A stretch of 64,000 nt of DNA from Trichoplax adhaerens (Eukaryota; Animalia; Placozoa), in NCBI RefSeq assembly GCF_000150275.1, contig NW_002060946.1, forward strand, positions 6,677,855 to 6,741,854. The letters run 5' to 3'. Within the stretch, counting starts at the first letter, position 1. Each line of letters opens with the position of its first letter. The translations under genes were made by a program, and so were the position numbers. This document shows positions 59,143-64,000 of the stretch, piece by piece. The notes beneath the pieces were generated by a model. That model was not told the origin of the DNA and did not search any database. It saw nothing but the letters and a program-made list of their open reading frames with translations.

Positions 59143-61546
59143 TCAACGAAAAATTACGGATCGATAGAATTGCATTTCTTGAATACTATCTTTAATATCA
59201 TCCAGGGCTCTAGAAAAGGCAATAAATACCCCAGCATTAGTTCAAGAAGAAATGACGCTTTTTTTCTCCTATTGCATCATAGAAGGGCAAGAATGCATTG
59301 TCAATGCATGCTGCAAAGATCAAGCTGAGATGCAACAAAAATATTATTCAAGGTTATAAATACTGCTTACCGATGATTGCATGGCTTGGCAGGTGCTTTG
59401 GCAAATTCTTTCGGATACCACCTCCTAATAGACGTACATACAAGTACCCAGTTTTTAGCCCAAAATACACAGATAGTTTGTCTGGATAATAGCATGCGCT
59501 ACTGCGAGGCATTAACTAGCAACTGCATTGGATATCAATATATTTTATCGCGCAAGTTTGATCCAATTACCTGCACAGTTCTTTGATGGTCGAAACATCA
59601 ACAATTCTGTAATGCAGGTGGTCGACAAATTGTGGCATATATTTCTCTAAAAATTTCTGATCCATATACACGGTATTCCCAGCTAAGGGACAGCGCTTTG
59701 GTAATGTATGTTGACGAACAAAATCTAACATGGTATTTTCCGCTTGTTGTAATGAGATCGTTGAAGATTTGACAGCATTGGTTAACCCAGACTAGGGAGA
59801 GGAAAAATGGCAATTTTTCATGGACAATTTTAAACATGCCATGAATAAAGTGACTATCAATATTGCCTTCAGAACAATTCTAGGCCACTATCAATGATGT
59901 GTACATGAAATACTCGAATAAAAGTGCCAACATCGATGATGCAAACTGGGCCAGTAGATCAGCAAATACAGTAGTTTAACATTACTTTCATCAAGGGTTT
60001 ACTTTCACACGCTAGCAGCAGCAAGTAGTGTATTATTGGCTTACCTTTCCATGATGTTCAGTGCACCATTCATCCATATTATCCATAATACTATCAGGTT
60101 GATGGATAACCAATGTAGGAGCCTAACATAATGACGGAAAGTAAGCATCAACGAATGCAGAGTAGAGTACCTATAAATGCATTAGATACTGTATAAATAG
60201 GCACACAATATCTGTTCATAATCATGATTGGATCCCAAAATACTACAGTTTGGCCATAATCATTACCTCTGCAGCAATATTTAAGTTGCCATCGGTAATA
60301 ATGCAGGCCATTTCTATGATATGGCATGAGTTGACGTCCAACCCTTAATTCATAAAAATAATGATGCAAATGCGTATAAATGTGGATGATAATATCATGA
60401 TCACATTGAAAGGATATTTCAGCTGTTATGCATGATTGCATGATTAGTATTGATTTCGTGGTTGATTGAAGAAGAGACCTAAAGCAATTTTACAGTCGAT
60501 GTATACTCGTATACCTGTATGCACATTGTTTTATTACTAATCATCCATCCATGACTAACAATATACGACTAGAGTTTGATTCACTTAATAAAAAAATGGT
60601 TTGATAGTGGATTGAAGAAGAGACCTAATGCAATTTTACAATCAATGTATGCTCATATAGCTGTATACACATTGCTTCATGATTAATTATCCATCCATGA
60701 CTAACAATATACGACTAGAGTTTGATTAACTTCATAAAAATAATAGTGGTGCAAATACGTATATAGATAGACGTAGAGGATATGACGATCACATTGAAAG
60801 GATATTTCAACTGTTATGTATGATTGCCTTATTAGTATTGGTTGAATAGTTGATTGAAGAAGAGACCTAGAGCAATTTTATAGTCGATGTATACTCATAT
60901 AGCTGTATGCACATTGCTTCATGATTAATTATCCATCCATGACTAACAATATACGACTAGAGTTTGATTAACTTCATAAAAATAATAGTGGTGCAAATGC
61001 GTATATAGATAGACGTAGAGGATATGACGATCGCCTTATTAGTATTGGTTGAATAGTTGATTGAAGAAGAGACCTAGAGCAATTTTATAGTCGATGTATA
61101 CTCATATAGCTGTATGCACATTGCTTCATGATTAATTATCCATCCATGACTAACAATATACGACTAGAGCAGTGACAATATTGATGGTAAATTTTCAATT
61201 ATCAATGGCTAACATCATTGGATCAGATCTACGTTGACAAGCACCGTCCTACTATCCTACCTGTCATCTATGGACATAAAAGGGGGAAAGAAATGGTAGT
61301 CAGAGACAAAATCTGCAACATCCTAAACTATTACCAATCAATCCAGTCGTCCATGCAGTAATTGCTTTTTTTACATAGCGTAAATGTACCTCGATCGTGG
61401 TAAAGCCTTACCTCTAAATCGACCCAAATTAAACGATCGGTCGTTTTTGCTAAAGCATTAGCGGTCTTGGCAGACATTTGTCTATAGTGTAAGAACGTTC
61501 CTTTCTGCAATACACTAAGGAAAGAGCGTGATAATGAACGGATCAT
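59143..61546 (-). CDS. REXO2: Oligoribonuclease (DEDDh exonuclease) with a mitochondrial presequence
   Basis: RLIWVDLE | MTG (microexon 61267-61261) | [21 protein letters not shown] | [21 protein letters not shown] | SGLT...[15 protein letters not shown]...[16 protein letters not shown] | RWYP...NHR | [21 protein letters not shown]. Confidence 0.95.
60346..61169. repeat. Tandem repeat (150-240-bp units, about 4 copies) filling REXO2 intron 2
   Basis: gattgaagaagagacct...catccatgactaacaatatacgactagag recurs at about 60464, 60610, 60852 and 61059. Confidence 0.92.
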
Positions 61547-62151
61547 TTAGCTGGATATGATGATGGAAAATCAATCTCAGCAGCAAACCAATGCCAGTAG
61601 AACTGTTAACTTTCCACTATAGCACTGCAATGCTGATGGTAGAATCCTTGGCGACTATCTCCATCAGCAATGTCCAGCAAAATTTGACCTTTCCTGTTCA
61701 ACATGCAAACCCTATACTATACCGTCTACGCTGTGGACTATTCAATACACACGATAGAGTAGAGTATGCAACATCTAACATGGGAAATATCATAGATTTA
61801 ATGCACTTTGTATAGGATAGTTGATCCATTTTCTTCCTACCCAATTTCCTTTAATTTATTCCATAAATGAGTACTATGGACTATCCACTCAGTAACCAGT
61901 ACTCCTGGAGACATTAAACTAAGAGGAAATCGCAGCACTAGACTACTTGCACCAACTTTGCATACTACCACTGCATTGCAGCCATCGACCATCGAAGGGA
62001 GAAAGTGAATGTTGGCTACCAATAATGTCTAAATCGACGTTATGAAAGCAAGAAATTGTGGTAGTTAAAGAGAGTATGGGAAGCTATTGAATGTATATCT
62101 TGATTGGAATTGATTCTTGCATGCTTTGAACTGGAAATTAGCGACGCAATC

Positions 62152-63809
62152 ATGTTTCAAGTGACACCACTCCAAAATAATTTTCCTTATATCAAGGGGC
62201 ACAAGGTAGATGGCGAAGGGATGAATTTCTTCTCCAATTCATTCTAATCATCGATCTTGTCTAGGCCTTGATTGTTCAATGCAATGCTGTAATTTCTTGT
62301 CTCTATCTATCTCTTCTGTTATTGGTAATCATTCCGATATTAGGACTTTTATCAGATGTTTGCAGACGGCGACGATGATATCGTGATAACTTCTTTCACA
62401 ATGTGGTCTACTCCTGGCCATTTTTATACCTTAATCAACGGTAATGTACTACTTTAGTGCTACATGTATTCTCCATGAAAAATAGGATAAATGTCGGTGG
62501 GGGAGAAAAAGAATTGCAAGCAGTACATTTCTCTATCTACAATACATACTTGATTGTCAATCACGATCGGTAATAGCTCATAAATAGCGCCCCTTGTTGA
62601 TATTTTGATTCAAAATGAACACCCATGGCAATCCATCTTTTTGAATTGATGGTCATCCTTTGATTGACATCGATTTCAATGGATGACCACACTCGTTATT
62701 CATTTCTTGAATGTATGCTGGTATTTTTCATCTTAGGAGATTCTTTTTATGCATTCGATATTATTGGTAAAAATGGATGTAAGGAATTGCAACGACTCCA
62801 TTCTCTTCCAGCGGATAGTGAAACTGCTAAGGTTAGCTGGTATAAATCTTGATGTAGTATGATCCTTGGGCATAATTGTATCTTCACTTGCTCCATTTTT
62901 CAATATTTTACCAATGGAAAATATGATGAACTGTTTTGAAAGCTGATGGTATCCATGTCTGTTCTCCATAATTGTAGATTCTACATTCCGCCAAGTTGGT
63001 TATTCCCTGTAAAAAATCACCAGTAGTTGGTGTATGCTATCATAATGAAGATCCACAACAAATTTATATTGTAAGTTTGGTAAATAGATCAGCATGGATC
63101 CATGTTACAAAAATACAGTATCAAGTTAGAAGTTTCTTCTATGCTCGAAATCGAGCCAAATTACATTGTTCATGAGTCGACATTTTTGGGATAATTCCAG
63201 ATTTGTGAATTATTCAGACAGTATCTGTTACAAACTCTGGCTTCTCCAATATGACCTATAGTAGTAGTCTATTTCACCATTTTTATTTCAAAAAATGCTA
63301 TAATTAGGTTCACCAAAATGGAGATACCGAATTATGGAAGTACACACTTGTGGGTCGCAACTATTGCTGGAAAAGTACAGGTATGCGAATGGAGATATTC
63401 GCCTCGGCGTTGTGTCATTATATATATATATGATGTATACGTATACCGTAAATCCATCTTAATGCAGTTTACTAGTGGCGGTTTCAACAACTACATGTAC
63501 TTTCGCGATTACAAGATGTATACTGTAGTGACTTTCCATGATATTATGCAGGATGCAATTGCTTTCCTGTGTTATTGGAAATAATATCCTAACGAATGTA
63601 TTAGCATCGAAATATCCAATCCATTATTCTTATTCTTAACTTGGCTGAAAGTCTCAGTAGAGTAAATTTATTATATACGTCGTATATTATAATTTTTATT
63701 TACCATGTAGGGACGTACACGCTATGCACCAGTACTAGAACTTCCGTCTCTTCCGTTATGATACACAGTCAATTAGACACAATTATTTGGTGCGAAAGAA
63801 GACGATCTG
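62152..63809 (+). CDS. HPS6: HPS6-like (BLOC-2 subunit) N-terminal region, multi-exon, probably continuing beyond the window
   Basis: Phase-compatible exons 62152-62205, 62344-62440, 62737-62831, 62978-63070, 63308-63380 and 63711-(63809?). IYIVHQNGDTELWKY...WKSTGTYTLC...IIWCERR resembles human HPS6 LVLVWESGLAEVW...WRPLQSTELC...LVWCEER as recalled. Confidence 0.65.
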
Positions 63810-64000
63810 GTACAATTTTCAATAACTTTGAATACAAAATATTACTTAATGGTTGCTAACTGATCGCAATGATGACATTGATACAAGGTCAAATAGGTGA
63901 CGAGGATTGCTGTATTTGTACCAGAAAGCTGGATCGATGTAAGTTTTAGTAATATCATGATTTATATCGTACTTGTATTAAACTTTCAACCCAATTCTTA

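Noticed and set aside
60409-60417. ATATCCTTT (AT-AC donor consensus) in the REXO2 intron repeat, sense strand
   Set aside because: It is not at an exon boundary, and no matching branch point or AC acceptor is needed by the gene model.
62733-62969. Minus-strand 78-aa ORF upstream of REXO2
   Set aside because: It is antisense to phase-consistent plus-strand HPS6-like exons.

Overview
AT-rich, compact, intron-rich animal DNA. Gene content, short introns and a GABA-B-like receptor suggest a placozoan such as Trichoplax; this is an inference. Manual splicing gives 11 protein-coding genes in this order: GPR180 (5'-truncated, +), WDR53 (-), UBXN7 (+), NDUFA1 (+), CUL4 (-), an amyloid-precursor-protein (APP) family gene (+), TOM70 (-), a GABA-B-like class C GPCR (+), SRSF4/5/6 (-), REXO2 (-) and an HPS6-like gene (+, 3'-truncated). 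The APP-family gene is mostly invisible in the ORF track. It has 5 coding exons and 507 aa with signal peptide, E1, E2 and a TM helix that resembles the APP gamma-secretase region, but it lacks the acidic region, the copper-ligand histidines and the YENPTY motif. Other points: unrelated, locus-specific tandem arrays sit directly upstream of most housekeeping-type genes, together with a (GTACN)n 5-bp-phased motif. REXO2 needs a 7-nt microexon next to its catalytic motif. CUL4 has a U12-type intron. Several intronic repeats have copied splice-site sequence. All homology calls come from remembered family sequences, not database searches.
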